A stretch of DNA of 61,032 nucleotides, taken from the NCBI RefSeq assembly GCF_001194135.2, contig NC_068982.1, positions 18,897,368-18,958,399 on the forward strand, written 5' to 3'. Positions within the stretch are counted from its first letter, which is position 1. Each line of letters starts with the position of its first letter. The notes beneath the pieces were generated by a model, which did no database searches, was not told the DNA's origin, and saw only the letters and a list, made by a program, of their open reading frames with translations. Positions 24,340 through 36,509 of the stretch are shown here, one piece after another. Source of the stretch: Octopus bimaculoides. Its lineage: Eukaryota. A program made the translations under genes and the position numbers.

Positions 24340-24770
24340 TAGACACTAGAGATTCAAGCTGTTAATTGTATTGGGGCTTTACACCAATTTTGCTGGAGTA
24401 TCTTTTATTTCAAAGAACGTCAATTCTGCCTTGTAGAAATGCAGACCGGATAGTGTTTGGGTGCCATGTGTGTGTAATGCATAATTGATTAGTTTTGGAC
24501 CAACCATTGTCAGTTCTATCCCGTGGTTTAAGAAAATAATCGTTGATATCTTCTCATTATGCATAACGTTCACAGTGTTGGGGAAACATGAGGACTCAAA
24601 TTTAATTCTTTCTGGTTGAGGAGAATATTGTTTGCTTTATGAATATCATTTTCATGAGAGCAGCCAGGTATTCGGTTTGCTTGCACTCTTTGTGTGTCAT
24701 TCTTGGGATTATGTTTCATTTTGTCCATTTAAGGTTCTGGTAGTTGAAGTCACCTATGAAGTCATCAATG
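24340..24770 (-). mobile_element. Decayed LINE apurinic-type endonuclease fragment (CR1-like)
   Basis: FIGDFNYQNLKW, then KQTIFSSTRKN*I*VLMF (Q...PTR.N.ILDL.F-like), then LHFYKAE (LNF.KA.W-like). Confidence 0.6.
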
Positions 24771-25142
24771 CATTAATCTAGCCAAGCTAGTACTACCTTA
24801 TTCTAGCATTAGTTTTCTTAAAATTTACTCTCCAGATTTTCAGCATTAGATGGGCGATATAATGTGCACATAACCAAATCGAGTTGCTTTCAATGCACTA
24901 TGAGTGTCTCACAGACTCAGGTCTGACTTCTCTTTCGTCTATACAGAATAAAACATCACTTACCTCTGCAGACCGCAATGTCGCAGTATATTTATAAATA
25001 TATAAATACATAAATATACTTGCGAGTTTGTATGTCCGTATTAAAATCAATGAGGATAATAAAATATGCGGATGGCGAATGTATAGCGGTAATCCAAATA
25101 GATTAGAATGTTGATATAAAATGATTTTAAAAGTAATCATGA

Positions 25143-25304
25143 GCAGGTGCAAATTTTCACGGCCGTTTCAAGAAGATAGATGTTGGTATGGGCGAGTTAA
25201 TTCCAACCATATATATATATGCAGGTGCAAATTTTCACGGCCGTTTCAAGAAGATAGATGTTGGTATGGGCGAGTTAATTCCAACCATAGAAATATATGC
25301 AGGT
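25143..25304. repeat. 78-bp-period tandem duplication (two identical 69-bp copies)
   Basis: 25143-25211 equals 25221-25289; gcaggt recurs at 25143, 25221 and 25299. Confidence 0.95.
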
Positions 25305-25672
25305 AAAAAGTAAAAATAGAAAATGCACACTAGGTAGAATGTAATGGGTTTTTTAAAAACATGTATATACAAAGAAATGAGTTGAAGATATATTAAGATG
25401 GATAAAGATGATTATATAAAGTCATAGCGGTTTCGGTAAAGGTGATCACTGACTGTGAATCAACACCGGTTGTCAAGCGATGTTGGGTATGAACATGTTT
25501 CTTGGTGAAAAAAAAAAAAAAAAAAAAAGAAATGGGTGCAAGGGAAGTAAACAGCTCTGAAAGGGAATTAATTAATGAAGTTACGATTACTAAAATTTAA
25601 AGGAGTTTTTGAGATATATGAGGCTTATGTTTGATGATCTTATTTGGTTTTTCTTTAATTCCTGTTACCCAT

Positions 25673-25708
<36 letters not shown>

Positions 25709-25763
25709 AACCACACGCACACAAACACACTCACACACATACAGGCACACACGCACATTATAG

Positions 25764-26135
25764 ACGCAGGCGTGGCTGTGTGGTAGGAAGCTTGCTTCTC
25801 AACCACATGGTTCGGGGTTCAGTCCCGCTGTGCTATAACCACAGGCCGGCCAAACCCTTCTGAATGGATTTGTTAGACGGGAACAGAGAGAAGCCCGCCG
25901 TATGTATATGTATATATTTATGCGTATGTGTTTGTGTCTGCGTTTGTCCCCCATCGCTTGACAATCGATGTTGGTGTGTTTACGTCCACGTAAATTAGCA
26001 ATTCGGTATAAGACCAGATAGTATATGCACCAGGCTTATAAAAAATAAGTCCAGTGATCGATTTCTTCGACTAAAAGGTGGCGCTACAGCATGGCCATGG
26101 TCAGTTGACTGACACAAATAAAAGAACAGAAGAAT
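25764..26135 (+). mobile_element. tRNA-derived SINE family B with internal microsatellite
   Basis: A box tggctgtgtggtag and B box gggttcagtccc; 3' half catcgcttgacaa..cagcatggcc..gactgac..taaaaga. Homologous to 42928-43535 and 52428-53060. Confidence 0.9.
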
Positions 26136-26875
26136 AGACGAATACGCCTATATACATATACGTATATATATTTATATACACATATATGCACACACACATG
26201 TCTTTGTCTGTGTGTGTATTCGTTCACACAAATACACATGAATTCACATATGTCTGATATACAAACACACATACACACACACATACACATATATACATAC
26301 CTACAAATGAACACATGTATTTATGCAATGCGTGCATTTATAACCTGGTTTCCGTTATGACTGCACCAAATAAACACGCTTTTTAATCATCATTGAAATG
26401 AATATTTAAAATATAAATAATTTGTGTATTCATTCGAAATGCAGCGGTCAACTTTCATTATGTAGCGGAATATGAATGCTTTGAATGCTATAATTACATG
26501 TAAGATGTCTGACCAGCAGGCATTGCACCCAAGAATCAGAAGTCGCCATAGATTCAGGACAGAAGGGATAATGCTTTTGAGGAGGAAATTTAAAGCTTTT
26601 GTATATTGTCGGAAACAGATAAAAATGAAATAAAATAAGGTAACAAAAGGTGGGTGCGCAGGTTAGCATGGCTGCATGTCAGTTTTAATACGGTAAAGTC
26701 ATTCAATTCACATATCGTAGTAGATATGTGTGCAAGATATTGGAAAAAAAATTCTTAGAAATTCTCAGGTGATGTATGAAGTGAATTAATAGCACGTGAG
26801 CTAAAAGATATTTTAGCTATAATGAAAATGGAGTGAGAGGACTGAGCCATTTCATATATAACGTATAGTTTATTA

Positions 26876-26908
<33 letters not shown>

Positions 26909-27346
26909 NNNNNNNNNNNNNNNNNNNNNNNNNNNNNNNNNNNNNNNNNNNNNNNNNNNNNNNNNNNNNNNNNNNNNNNNNNNNNNNNNNNNNNNNNNNN
27001 NNNNNNNNNNNNNNNNNNNNNNNNNNNNNNNNNNNNNNNNNNNNNNNNNNNNNNNNNNNNNNNNNNNNNNNNNNNNNNNNNNNNNNNNNNNNNNNNNNNN
27101 NNNNNNNNNNNNNNNNNNNNNNNNNNNNNNNNNNNNNNNNNNNNNNNNNNNNNNNNNNNNNNNNNNNNNNNNNNNNNNNNNNNNNNNNNNNNNNNNNNNN
27201 NNNNNNNNNNNNNNNNNNNNNNNNNNNNNNNNNNNNNNNNNNNNNNNNNNNNNNNNNNNNNNNNNNNNNNNNNNNNNNNNNNNNNNNNNNNNNNNNNNNN
27301 NNNNNNNNNNNNNNNNNNNNNNNNNNNNNNNNNNNNNNNNNNNNNN

Positions 27347-27388
<42 letters not shown>

Positions 27389-28298
27389 AATACGTGTGTG
27401 ATTGCGTGTGTGTGTCCTTGTATTTGCGTGTCTGTGTCCCAGTGTGGGTGTATGTGTGTGTGTTTGCGCGTATTCTCTGTACAGATAGATGTACGGCTGT
27501 TACTATCTCACACCATTGAAGTTACAGTCATGAAAGTTCATGTATAAGACAGATTTAGAAGAATTTGATTCCACTGTGTTATTTCAGATCGATATCCACC
27601 TTCATCATTGACACAATGAATCGAATTTTCCAGCGTTTCATAGGATTTACGTGCCTAATTTATATTTTCAGTGTTGTCCTTGCTCTTCATAATGTTGTGG
27701 CTTTTGTTGTATAATGATAGGAATCTCATTGCATCGTGATATATATCTCTCTAGAGATCTTCCTTTATATTTCAATGCCAATTTAAAACTTCAAGTTTAG
27801 CCCCTTCTTCAAAGCATAGTTGAAATTTCGTACACCGATATTATTTGTCAAATCTTGATACCAGGTTATTCTACCAAGAAAATATCTTCCTAAGTTACAA
27901 ATATATCGAGTTGTGGTTATAGAGTTATGAGACTTGAAAGGTTCATATTTCTTCGTATCTCGCGAAAACTCTATCCTCTAAGTTAGAATTTACTACGAAA
28001 TCATGAAGAATCGTTGATGCATTTTCTGATTTTCTGCAACAAATAACCGGATTCCCAAGTAATAGAAGAAAAACAGCTACTTTAGATTTAAGCATTGACC
28101 AGCTAAAATCTCATTACCTTTTTCATTTTTATATCATTTTAAATCTGTTCCTTGTTTCCAATTCTTCGCTATGCATTTGTCACGTTGGATGTGAGCCATA
28201 ATTTCAACCTTCACCAGCAAAATTTGTTTTCCTGCTTGAGTTAATTAACACAAGATGATATATAGATCTCAGTAACACTTAAAAACACATGCATACAC

Positions 28299-28299
<1 letters not shown>

Positions 28300-28372
<73 letters not shown>

Positions 28373-28410
28373 CTATCTATATAAATATATATATATATAT
28401 GTATATATAT
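28300..28410. repeat. (TCTA)n/(TA)n microsatellite
   Basis: Seen directly. Confidence 0.95.
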
Positions 28411-28411
28411 A

Positions 28412-28626
28412 CTTTATTTAAAAGCAGCAGAAATATAACAAAAAAACCGTTACTCTGAGTTTCACGTTACCTAACAAAACTGTCCGATGAACGGGAACGT
28501 GAAACTCAGAGTAACGGTTTTTTTGTTATATTTCTGCTGCTTTTAAATAAAGCATATTACTCTACCTCTGGTATTTGAGTACTCTTTTTTCCACCTTGTT
28601 GCACATTTCATGTGCTTACTCCGGTA
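28412..28626 (+). mobile_element. Probable Penelope-like pseudo-LTR remnant with an inverted partial copy (perfect 57-bp inverted repeat, 27-nt spacer)
   Basis: 28412-28468 is the exact reverse complement of 28496-28552. It contains a hammerhead motif. An inverted truncated pLTR plus a minimal hammerhead is the known architecture of Penelope-like elements. Confidence 0.7.
28476..28521 (+). ncRNA. Minimal type-I hammerhead ribozyme motif (U4C core variant)
   Basis: Stem I AAAACUGU/ACGGUUUU (8 bp, one G-U); core CCGAUGA; stem II ACG-GGAA-CGU; GAAA; short near-palindromic stem III ACUC-A-GAGU; GUA cleavage triplet, predicted cut after 28513. Confidence 0.7.
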
Positions 28627-28995
28627 TCTATCTATATATATAGATGTGTGCGTGCGGTTGTGTGTTGGTGTGAGCGTGTATATATGAATATACCTTATTA
28701 TTTTCATACAAGTATATACATTTTCATGTAATATTAATGTGTATGTATATATCTTATAGATATATACATAATTACATACATTATAAGTATGTAATTACCC
28801 ACCACTCACAAACACACACTCATGCACACACACTCACACACACACTGTCGAAAGATCAAATTCACTTGGGCACTCTCTTCAAGATACAGCTTTTCTGGAA
28901 TTCATTGAAGATTCAATTCAGTTGCAAGCACGACTGATGCGTCTGCATGTGTAGTAGAGATGCAGTTTAATGTCAGTTATATGTAAGTGACTCAC

Positions 28996-29027
28996 CGAGC
29001 TATGGAGTACGCATCTGACGTTTACCG
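28996..29027 (-). other. Weak candidate micro-exon (32 nt, VNVRCVLHSS)
   Basis: Donor GCTCG|GTGAGT; acceptor gataatttacag|; one open frame. Could be chance. Confidence 0.2.
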
Positions 29028-29798
29028 CTGTAAATTATCAACCATCTGCTAATAAGAGTTCATCCAATATTCAGAATTCAGATACGCATATGTAATAATT
29101 TCATTCGGTGGATAAACCTGCAGTTTACCCTATCAAGCTTATCTACGGTACTAGATATCACACAGAACAGTAGTAACCCAGAATAATTTGATCAAATATC
29201 CAGAATTCACATATATGTGATATCATACAGGGCAGAAATTTAGAAATAGTTCGTTATAACAAACACATCTGAAATATCTACAAGTATCGGTAGAGATTTT
29301 GCAGTGGTAAACAAGAACAATGATGTTAATAAGTATTTTTATTACATCAATTTACGATTGTTTTACCTAAGTTCGATCTTAAAATTATTGTGTATTATGC
29401 AATAATATTTGCAACAATTGATTCCCGGGGGCTCATGCAATAATTCGACACATTCGATACATTCGAATTCTGTATAGATGTCATACGTAAATGGCTGAGC
29501 GTGCGAAGGATTTCAGTACTGTTAAGGGGTCTGCAGGCCTGCCGACCTAGTTAATGGTGTGGCATAATCTGAAACATAAAAAATGCATAAAAGTGCATTG
29601 TAACCAGCAGTCTGTAGCAGCATCCGATACAGTGATGTTCATACATACGTATATACATATAATGCTTGCATACATACATACATACATACATATATATACA
29701 TATGTGTCTATACATGTGTATGCATGCCCACATATATATAAATATATACATCTATATATGTGTGTGTGTGTGTGTGTCTCTCACTCACACTCTCTGTG

Positions 29799-29839
<41 letters not shown>

Positions 29840-29950
29840 GTATCTTCAAATATACTTACTACCGGACCCTGGAGTAGTATATAGTTCTGAAAGAATACGT
29901 AGGTGTCAGATTAGCTAAAAGTTAGATATGTCGAACGCATTTAAAGCAGT

Positions 29951-30067
29951 CGACACCGAATGGATTAAAGGTCGACCTCGGCGGAATTCGAACACATAAC
30001 GTAAAGATGGACAAAATACAGCTGAGCATTTTCACCAGCATAGAAACGTCTGTGCCAGCTCGCCGCC
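29951..30067 (-). mobile_element. SINE family A, 3'-truncated
   Basis: Reverse complement: ggcggcgagctggcacag...gttcgaattccgccgaggtcgac. Confidence 0.85.
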
Positions 30068-30790
30068 TTATCTCAAACTCTTATTTACCTGTCCTTTTAT
30101 TTCTTCATTTGCTTTAAAGTAGGACGTTTTGATACAATACCTATCTTCAACATCTTATTCTGTTCTTTCGCAGTAGTTAATGCAAAAACATTTCCGTTTT
30201 TTTTTATCTTAAAGCGACAATATTGCATTCACATATGTGTGATAAATGTTATAGTCGTTCTCTTAAGTTGGACAGAATCATTCATGTACGACTACTTTAA
30301 TGCTAGGTTTTCGTTCACTATGAAGGAATACGAAACAAGTTTGTAAAGTCGATATATTCATGAGTTCTACGGTATGCAACCCATAGTAATATTTCATCAT
30401 AAGATATAAATCTTCTCGATGTTTTCAAATATAAAGATAATTTATGACGTTATATTAAGATGAAAGCAATATTTGCATAGTCCATCCACGTTCTTGATAT
30501 ATTTCGTGTTTCAAGTCAATCATTGATACGCTCCATCTTTATAGATATTATAAATGATCTAAAGTGTTCAAATGTCAAATACTGAATATTAAATGCATAA
30601 GTTTTAGTCGGTATTCTTATCAAAATGAAATGAAGTCCTTTCTTGTAACATGAATATACGTAGATTTGCATCTTGTTTGTTACAACGCAATCACGTCGAC
30701 ATTTTACTAATGAAGACGAATTAGATTATTCTTTATATTTATGTGTGTGTGCATGTGTCTGTGCGTGTGCGTGCATGCATACATACACAC

Positions 30791-30825
<35 letters not shown>

Positions 30826-31112
30826 CATATATATNNNNNNNNNNNNNNNNNNNNNNNNNNNNNNNNNNNNNNNNNNNNNNNNNNNNNNNNNNNNNNNNNN
30901 NNNNNNNNNNNNNNNNNNNNNNNNNNNNNNNNNNNNNNNNNNNNNNNNNNNNNNNNNNNNNNNNNNNNNNNNNNNNNNNNNNNNNNNNNNNNNNNNNNNN
31001 NNNNNNNNNNNNNNNNNNNNNNNNNNNNNNNNNNNNNNNNNNNNNNNNNNNNNNNNNNNNNNNNNNNNNNNNNNNNNNNNNNNNNNNNNNNNNNNNNNNN
31101 NNNNNNNNNNNN

Positions 31113-31166
31113 CAACAACAATGATGATGATGACGACGACGATGACGACGATGATGATAATGATGA

Positions 31167-31207
<41 letters not shown>

Positions 31208-31231
31208 ATAATAATAATAATAATAATAATG

Positions 31232-31278
<47 letters not shown>

Positions 31279-31279
31279 T
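31113..31279. repeat. Compound trinucleotide array AAC/GAT/GAC/ACT/AAT
   Basis: Seen directly. Confidence 0.95.
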
Positions 31280-31892
31280 GATTTCTCGTTGACAGGAAAA
31301 TATAATCAAGTATATGTAAAATGTAGGGTATTGAACATTTTGCACTTAAATAGAAAACGATACAACTAAAATGGTAGAAGGCGCAACACCTACTCGGTAG
31401 GTATACCATGGTGAACATCGCATTATCATGTGCCTCAGCAAAATTCTAAGATAGCAAAATATAAGTAAACATGCAATGGGTGACCGAAAGGAATTCCTGA
31501 TGCTTAAACATGTATTAACGATGAAATATCATATGTGAAACGCACGTGATGAGATTGACATGCGAAGACAAAGAAACATGTGTGTGCGTGCCTGTGTATA
31601 GATGCGACTATATATATGTAAATATATATTAATATAAATATTCACCCCCCACACATGTATATATATATACACATATCTACGAAGTCGTGCATACATATAC
31701 ACCTACAAATATGCATTCATATATATTTATGTGTGTGTATATATATTGTATATATACGTATTATATCATATGTATGAGCCAGTGAGTTCCCACAGAAACA
31801 CTCGCACACACATACACACACATACATGTATTTATGTATATATTTATGTATGCATGTATTTTTGGACAAAGTGAAAAGTGGAGCGGTTATAT

Positions 31893-32278
31893 TTGTTTGT
31901 TGGCATTCCGTCGGTTACGACGACGATGATTCCAGTTGATCCGATCGACAGAACAACCTGCTCGTGAAATTAACGGGCAAGTGGCTGAGCACTCCACAGA
32001 CACGTGTACCCTTAACGTAGTTCTCAAAGGAGATTCAGCGTGACACAGAGTGTGACAAGGCTGGCCCTTTGAATTACAGGCACAACAGAAACAGGGAATA
32101 AGAGAGAGAGAGGAAGTTCTAGTGAAAGAGTACAGCAGAGTTTGACACCCCTCCCCTACCGGAGCCTCGTGGAGCTTTAGGTGTTTTCGCTCAATAAACA
32201 CTCACAACGCCCGATCTGGGAATCGAAACCGTGATCTTACGACCGCGAGTCCTAACCACTGGGTCATTACGTCTCCAC
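31893..32278 (-). mobile_element. tRNA-derived SINE family C, near full length, perfect 14-bp TSD
   Basis: TSD tggagcggttatat at 31879-31892 and 32279-32292. Minus head tgacccagtggttag / ggtttcgattccc; tail gtcgtcgtaaccgacggaatgcca. Confidence 0.93.
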
Positions 32279-33562
32279 TGGAGCGGTTATATAGACAGAC
32301 AGAAATAAACGTTAGAACGTGCTTTTGACTAATTCAGATACAAAGTCATGGGCTCATATTTGAAAGATATTTTTTAAAAGATTTAACATTCTGTTCCGTG
32401 AAATATGCCAGAGGTAACACTTCAATCACGTTTTCCGTTAAACAAGTTAGAATTAATTATTTCTTAGTATGTAAGAAATAATTAAATAAATATATATATT
32501 AATAGGATGCCTTTGTTGGCGACTTTTTCGTTCGAATATCAATAGAAAAAAACAAAAAAATTATATGCGACATCTGACGTATCAAGTATCATAGGTAGCT
32601 GCTCATGAGTTAATAACAGAAGGTCAGCTATTCAAATGTAGACAACAAAATCAACAACTAAAACACGCAATATAATTGCTCCTTAAAATATATTACATTT
32701 ATTCAAATAATGTCATCAAATGAAAATAACACACTTCTGTGATATGCATATATTCCAATATGAATATACACATACATGCATACACATACACACGCACGCA
32801 CACACACACACACACACACACAAACAAACACGCACATACACGGGCATATACACACAAGCATCGAAATATGTTAGCAGTAAGCAGTGTTTAGGTATAAGTA
32901 AAATTTAGGTTAGTTAAAATATCTTTGTGGCATATTTCAACTGATAGAAGTCAAATTCGTTGCAGTTGCCTAAACACTGTTTGACGCTAACGTTTCGTTA
33001 TTTTTCCTCGATCGGGCGATCAACAAGCGCATATCAGTCAACGTTGCTGGATGAATTTTATATAAAGCTGTTGTTTTATACGTTTGTTCAGAGTTGCCTT
33101 TCTTAGGTACATCCCATTGATAAGAGTAACAGAAAAAAACAAAAAAACAATTCGAAACACCGGTATCTGGGATTCCTGATAGATTGCGACACGGAACAAA
33201 CCGGGTGTTTACACACCTTTTTACCATAAGAAAGATAATTTTTCTGCGGTAAATCAAGTGAACATGCATAAATAAACGAGACACTCAAGAGTCAGCATTA
33301 AAACTGATTCTGCTGAAAAATTAACGGTAACATTTTATTGATGATTGATCAATATTGAATTTTGCAACACTCAAAAAGCTTTCTAATTAAATTTAAGTAA
33401 AATGTGTGGAGACAAGATCTAAATAACCACAGTTCATATTTTCAAATGTTTAGGTCCAGTTTCCCACTTGTTGATTGTGCCTACACGTGCATATGGTTTG
33501 AGTCAATTCATGTGTAACGTTACACGTGCTAAAAGTTTTCCGGTTTTCCAGTATGTAAAATT

Positions 33563-33609
<47 letters not shown>

Positions 33610-33799
33610 CATATATATATATATATATTCTGTTCTGTCTAGGGAGAATCATTCTCTTTTAATGCTTTATAATTTAACACACTCATCGGTAACATTTCCA
33701 AGTATTTCTTTTTTTATTTTTGTAAAATTTTCGTTGCGTCTTGCAACCTTTTGAATAGTTTTGACTCTGTCCGTTATTCACACTGCGTTCCATTTTGTT

Positions 33800-34385
33800 T
33801 GTGATCATGTGTGTATGCGTTGGTGTGTGTGTGCCTACACATGCATGTATGAATGTATGTATCCATGTATTTATGTATGTATGTCTGTATGTATGTATGT
33901 ATGTTTGTGTGCATGTATGTGTATGTGTGCATGTGTATATATGTATATATGTGCGTATATTTGCATGTATATATTCTTCATACTCATGTGTGTGCGTGTT
34001 TTTATATGTGTGTGCGTGTGTGTGTTCTTGTATATGTGTGTGTATCTGTCTCCTTGTGTGTGCATGTCTGAGTGTATGCGTGTATGTTTTGCAACTATGT
34101 ATGAATGAATGTGTATCTTAATATGTGTGGACGTGTATCTCCATATGTTTCCTTGCGTGAAGTAAAGTCTGTGTAAATATATGGTTATGTGTTTCAGTCT
34201 GTATTTGTGTATGTGTGCGCATGTGTGCTTCTCTGTTCATATTACCTATGTACCTATCCGTCTGTATGTTGATCTGTTTACTTTCATATTCATCTGCTTA
34301 TATACATATGCATATACATATATATATATACATACACCACACATACACTCAAGCACACATACATACATACATACATACATAAATA
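33800..34385. repeat. Degenerate (TG/TA/TATG)n low-complexity region
   Basis: Seen directly; source of several spurious ORFs. Confidence 0.9.
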
Positions 34386-34456
34386 GATCTGCATAACAGC
34401 CCACTAACTATTCTACTCTACCTGTGTAAATTGTGGGTATGGGGGTATGATATCTA

Positions 34457-34740
34457 CTATGTATATTTCTCATTTAGTATTGGTGAAGTTTCATTTATGA
34501 GGACGTTCTCCTGCATTTGTCTGAGTGTTTGGTATTTCGGGTGTTTGGATAAGATGCGAATGTCAAGTTGATCCAGCATACCTCCATGTTGGTGCTTTGC
34601 ATGTTGGTAGAGTATGGAGGACTGTTTTTTGCCGTCATACTGTCTAAAATGATCATTTAATCGTTCCGTAATGCTCCTACATCTCTACCCTATGCGTGTC
34701 ATGTTTGTGTCTTTACAAGAAACTTCTATGCATCTTATAT
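34457..34740 (-). mobile_element. GIY-YIG endonuclease remnant (Penelope-like element C-terminus)
   Basis: IRCIEVSCKDTNMTRIG*RCRSITERLNDH...KQSSILYQHAKHQH..LDIRILSKHP...LRQMQENVLINETSPILNEKYT*. This fits the Y.I.C..C..YIGE+.R...R..EH...S.+..H...H..IL..E...I....P.LN pattern, with one stop. Confidence 0.78.
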
Positions 34741-34831
34741 GTTAAATTATAAGGCACTAAAAGAGAATGAATCTCCCCAGACACAACAGGTTATGCTTCA
34801 ACACACGAACTCACATAAAGAACCTTGCAAA

Positions 34832-34878
<47 letters not shown>

Positions 34879-36216
34879 TAGATAGATATATATATATATA
34901 TATATATACATACATATATATTGAAAATATTACATAGAAATAGTGGAGATTTTATGTAGCAAAAATCTACATTCATGTATCTTTTAGATGCAAAGAATAG
35001 TGAATGTAAGTTTTAGTGCAAATGATATCATCATTTTTCATTCAACTTTTATTAAATGCCAACATGCATCCAAATTATTTTATGACTGTTAGGCAAATAA
35101 TGGCTGTCTATGGTTATTTTCCTATTAAAGAATAACATTTGATCAATACAAATAATTAATAATTCAAATATCAAATACAAATAATTCGTAATTCAAATAT
35201 CAAATACAACTGCCTAGCACCAAATGTAGCTACCTCATTTTTATTGGGGAAATTAATAAATTATATTAAAAGTCTATGTATTAATAAAAATGGACATCAA
35301 TAATTTATTATTACCAAATTTATTTCGTGAAATATGTTTCTATCTTTACAAGATTTCATAAGGATCATATGTATTTTGTATATGAATATCAAATGAACAC
35401 AAGGATTTAAAATGTCTTGTTAAATAAGAAAAGTTTTATAAAACATATTTTTGTTTTCAGTATTGTTTTAATTCATATGTTTTTAACACGGTTTCTCTTT
35501 CTCTTATTCTCTGTACGTTTTTATTTCATTCTGTTCCTGAACGCCATGTCTACTTCTGGCATAGATACTACAGATCGCGGAAGGTGAGATGATAGGTATC
35601 GTCGCTATATTCTAAAAGTCGATATCCATGGATTACCACACTAGCGATCTGATGTTTGGTTTGTCATGGTGGCATGAAAGACATTTCCGACCTGACGTCT
35701 GAGAGTTCTTGCGCTGTACTCCAGGGGTTTTCGAGAAGGTAAATATGATCAGAAATTCTTTTACCACAAGATGATGAATCATGTTTGCCGAATTATAGGA
35801 AACAGGCATCATTCTCTCCATCGCCTAATTCTTTTTCTCCGTCGTTTCCAATTACTCCATGACATTTTTCTACGATTTACATTCTATCAATTTATATAAT
35901 TAAAATGTTGATTATAGTTTAAAACTGTGTAGAAATGTGATTTGTAACTATTTCTTTTTTATAGCTTCATCTCAATAAAAATCATCACTTTTTATAAAAT
36001 CTTTTAGCTACTTCAAAGAGAAGACTATCAAGAAAAGTTGACCGCTGCCTGATAGTATTTTTAATTAATTCAACAGTGGCCTAAAACTGTTGCCTCTAGC
36101 ATACGCACTCGACGTTAGTTAAAGTGTATTTGGAGGGAAGCCGACTGGAAAAAAGTGAGATAAACATTAAATGGATTATCAGGATGGCAGTATTTTGGTA
36201 CGTTGTTAAATTTAAA

Positions 36217-36399
36217 CACAGCACGAAATGCTTAGCGGTATTTCCTCTGTTTACTTATGAGTCCAAATTCCACCGAGGTCGGCTTTGCCTCTCATCCTTT
36301 CGGGGTCAATAAATTAGATGCCAGTTGCGTACTGGGGTCGAGCATATCGACCGGCCTCGTCTCCCAAAATTCGGGCCTTGTGCCTAGAGAAGAAAATAT
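36217..36399 (+). mobile_element. SINE family A copy, 5'-truncated (tail ii)
   Basis: cgaaatgcttagcggtatt...caaattccaccgaggtcggctttgcc...ggccttgtgcctagaagaaaa. Confidence 0.88.
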
Positions 36400-36452
36400 T
36401 ATTGTTACAGTTAAAAGCCCACTAGTTTTCGCCATATCACCCTCTCACGTAC

Positions 36453-36509
36453 TTGTCCAAATGAAACTCTACTCAATGGCTTATGCTGGGTCTCAGGAAA
36501 ATTAATTTT
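36453..36509 (-). other. Candidate exon (57 nt, phase 0-0, KINFPETQHKPLSRVSFGQ)
   Basis: Acceptor ttcttttgacaatttcag|, donor GACAA|GTACGT; single open frame. Confidence 0.3.

Noticed and set aside
25143-25304. CRISPR-like repeat-spacer pattern
   Set aside because: Only two 69-bp copies with 9-nt spacers in eukaryotic DNA, and no cas genes.
33509-33528. 14-bp perfect palindrome gtgtaacgttacac
   Set aside because: Isolated; there is no context supporting a function.
35145-35209. 29-bp tandem duplication
   Set aside because: Ordinary AT-rich slippage with no further structure.
35560-35870. Possible transposase HTH or endonuclease remnant (SARTLRRQVGNV)
   Set aside because: Similarity too weak and inconsistent between frames.
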